From a virus (lineage: Duplodnaviria; Caudoviricetes), in the IMG/VR virus record IMGVR_UViG_3300032265_001108, positions 1 to 63,416 of that record: DNA of 63,416 nt; one strand, 5' to 3'. Both the position numbers and the translations under genes were made by a program. Shown here piece after piece: positions 62,201 to 63,416 of the stretch (within the stretch, counting starts at the first letter, position 1; each line of letters begins with the position of its first letter). The notes under the pieces are model-generated. The model made no database searches, was not told the origin of the DNA, and worked only from the letters and a program-made list of their open reading frames with translations.

Positions 62201-63416
62201 TTGCTCCGCAGATCTATGTAGGATCAAACCCAGATGAAGCCTATATCAGTGCCGAAATACTATTGCAGGCTAACAGACAATTCATACAAGAAGATACTAT
62301 CAATTGGATTAATACTACCTTCCAAAGTTTTGGTTATAACAAGATTAAATGCCGTAGAGACTTAGGTTTAATCATTGATAGTATTGCGTTTGACCTGCTA
62401 TACCCTACAGCAGGACATAGCCAATCAACCTTTGCTGGATTACAATATTTTAAACAACATAGTGGCGATCATAGACTTCGTGCTTGGGCAGAAGTCAGTG
62501 CAATGTATTATCTAAGAGATCTCTGTGTTAAGATTATTCAAAACATAACACCAGCTGATGACCTAGTACCAAGATATTCTACAGGTACACAGACAACTTT
62601 GGCCAATTGCGGTACACCAATTGAGGCTAAATTTATCTATGATGAGTTTACCAACATCGCAACTATCATTCAAAGAAATGACGGCAAGTGGACAGATAGA
62701 ATTATCCCTAACGGTTATCCAGTAGGTATACAAAGTGCATATGATACTGTTACTATTTTAAATGCAAACAAAGATTATATCGCCAAAGAACTTATTGCCT
62801 ATACAGATGCTACCCAACCTGGACTTCAATATAGCAAAGCCAAGTGTGTAAGAGATACCAGTTATCTACTTGATGCTGTTTGCTTCGACCTTATCCACGG
62901 CGGTAATCGACAGGCAGTACAAAATGCTCAATACTATTATTGGTGGAATACTGCAACTACGGTTATTCCATACGAGCAAACTCAAACTATTGATGCGTTC
63001 CAACATCTAGCAACCATTGCAGGTCAGGTGGTACAAAATATTCCTGTAAGTTATCTACAGACAGCAGTTCCTCAGGTGTTTGGCATAACTTCTGCAACAG
63101 TTGTTGAGGCAAATACTCTAGGTGCAAGTGTTTCAACTATCACAAACATCATCCAACTTGGTCCTAAAACTGCCTATGCACCTACACCGATAGCAAATAC
63201 TGCAACTCAGACAACTGCTACTACTGCGGCTTTTGATCTATTATTGAAAAATAAGAAGTTTCTAACCGAAGAAGTTATTGCCTATATTGACCAACAGTAT
63301 AATTCGACTCCATTCACCTACGACAAAGCTAAATGTAGTAGAGATACAGGATTGATTGTTGATAGTCTTGTTACTGATTTACAGTTTAACAGTTTTAGCG
63401 AAAGTAACTTTGCCGG
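59218..63416 (+). CDS. Giant virion protein (>1399 aa, truncated by the window end) with fibre-like N-terminus and tandem phycobiliprotein-like repeats; absent from the ORF track
   Basis: ATG 59218 with AAGGA SD and TAAATA (59195-59200). No in-frame stop found where translated, and the frame is still coding at the window end. Contains YVTVDGDDTNDG...G.Y.E..P...G.DLR and six C-x-R-D repeats. Confidence 0.85.
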   Translation, partial: MSTVRVSGTRSTTPSGNYGISAPGGNVTLGGGGNITITGGGNITINAGTGTTVINSTQTNISGNATVGGNAIITGTLTVLGDTATNIHILPAPKNVGSPPNPFGLDDNVYIGPGYVAFGGANGTYQRTLAQLYLAGGVGIEKDLNVGGYIYGRVSQATTSQQLIVTATNIDQVFYPTFTDQLGVGTYLYGDNIGIKGGLTYNPSTGILTTDQAAIVAATPSTSPETGALTVAGGAGIVGEVNLGNNLNVLGNIASANIYPNADNQFQIGEATARWEQAFLEKIYTNVITSNPGENIEIRPEVPMTDIFSDIRVRGKNPIGTAPVVTNVLYVTVDGDDTNDGRAMDASRACRTIGGAINSPYYQSGTQIRVSPGHYLENNPLEMKPYTSVMGSDLRTTFVEPINKTQDLFHVNSGCYLAFMNFLNGRSGLLEGQYTAGTNRGAYATAFPPLTGNDRIDLFHSPYIQNCTNQSGPWLKDGTLFVPNQTIQVPDAVGISSWDANTSTILVTLSTGTVELGMSLEVTEQDPGFFDARTLLLANKPFLQEQVVAFVDQTFNTGTFVYNQTKCARDTGLIVDSIALDLMYSTVYNHSASESTFAGLQYWSQDVGRTGAIQGELTTTTEAINYARNLVISLVQSVNAYSVTGTIATLFNTVTNILNNGTVGVTDQIVSNNLTTSTDAATWAAYKAIQANTATIQLMAVNYIYNKYPAFEFNTSTCYRDIGYIINSVSFDLLNGGNKQSIKSGVYYWGYDGASSAIPREIPETTAAYNFIKSIIPNIVLGQPILTPYQGTYPQVYLGYNASTQDAVNLLQDSIDTITNIIRNGPSAAGPQYPMPVDRSPVISIQNACALLQANRQFIVAETIAYINATAGKFIYSREFCYRDVGILVENMSYDMAFGGNQKSVESGLAYWNGAVSKIAGQESQTTSAIDYLGSLCKQVVVNQTCTDLLSHLGVTSALNSQVRNTVLTGGSIAVGVITNLFDIVTNIIANGPSVAPQIYVGSNPDEAYISAEILLQANRQFIQEDTINWINTTFQSFGYNKIKCRRDLGLIIDSIAFDLLYPTAGHSQSTFAGLQYFKQHSGDHRLRAWAEVSAMYYLRDLCVKIIQNITPADDLVPRYSTGTQTTLANCGTPIEAKFIYDEFTNIATIIQRNDGKWTDRIIPNGYPVGIQSAYDTVTILNANKDYIAKELIAYTDATQPGLQYSKAKCVRDTSYLLDAVCFDLIHGGNRQAVQNAQYYYWWNTATTVIPYEQTQTIDAFQHLATIAGQVVQNIPVSYLQTAVPQVFGITSATVVEANTLGASVSTITNIIQLGPKTAYAPTPIANTATQTTATTAAFDLLLKNKKFLTEEVIAYIDQQYNSTPFTYDKAKCSRDTGLIVDSLVTDLQFNSFSESNFA

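Noticed and set aside
1-63416. Alternative genetic code (stop-codon reassignment)
   Set aside because: Core genes are full length in the standard code with tight packing, and TAA, TGA and TAG all end genes.
1-63416. tRNA, tmRNA, rRNA, integrase or transposase genes
   Set aside because: No cloverleaf/T-loop consensus or mobile-element ORF was seen in the few intergenic gaps. This was a manual inspection only.

Overview
This is a 63.4-kb segment of a large, AT-rich, T4-related (Tevenvirinae-like but distant) myophage genome read in the standard genetic code. The left arm (1-10.4 kb) carries nucleotide and DNA-modification or host-takeover genes: a partial GT4-type glycosyltransferase, a cupin, a MazG-like NTP pyrophosphatase, a radical SAM enzyme, QueE, an RNase H/5'-3' exonuclease, a MoxR AAA+/VWA-metallopeptidase pair and ThyA. 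A minus-strand tail/baseplate block (10.4-42.1 kb) holds four paralogous fibre proteins, a collagen/beta-helix fibre, a 4454-aa wedge-like protein and gp6/gp25/gp5/hub/gp53/gp48-54-like genes. It is followed by the T4-syntenic gp55-gp47-gp46 genes, a GIY-YIG gene, a gp26-like chaperone divergent from the tape measure gene, the head module (portal, protease, scaffold, major capsid protein) and a giant virion ORF that runs off the right end. Three signals stand out. (1) A ~430-nt densely base-paired non-coding region with a likely pseudoknot lies directly after the GIY-YIG gene and is a candidate large ncRNA or RNP. (2) The terminal giant ORF, missing from the ORF track, has six tandem ~163-aa repeats resembling phycobiliprotein (bilin-binding globin) domains, each keeping the C-x-R-D chromophore motif. 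(3) A T TTT TTC slippery site at the end of the gp26-like gene opens a hidden 76-codon -1 frame, like the lambda G/GT tail-chaperone frameshift. All protein assignments come from motif recognition and synteny, not database searches.
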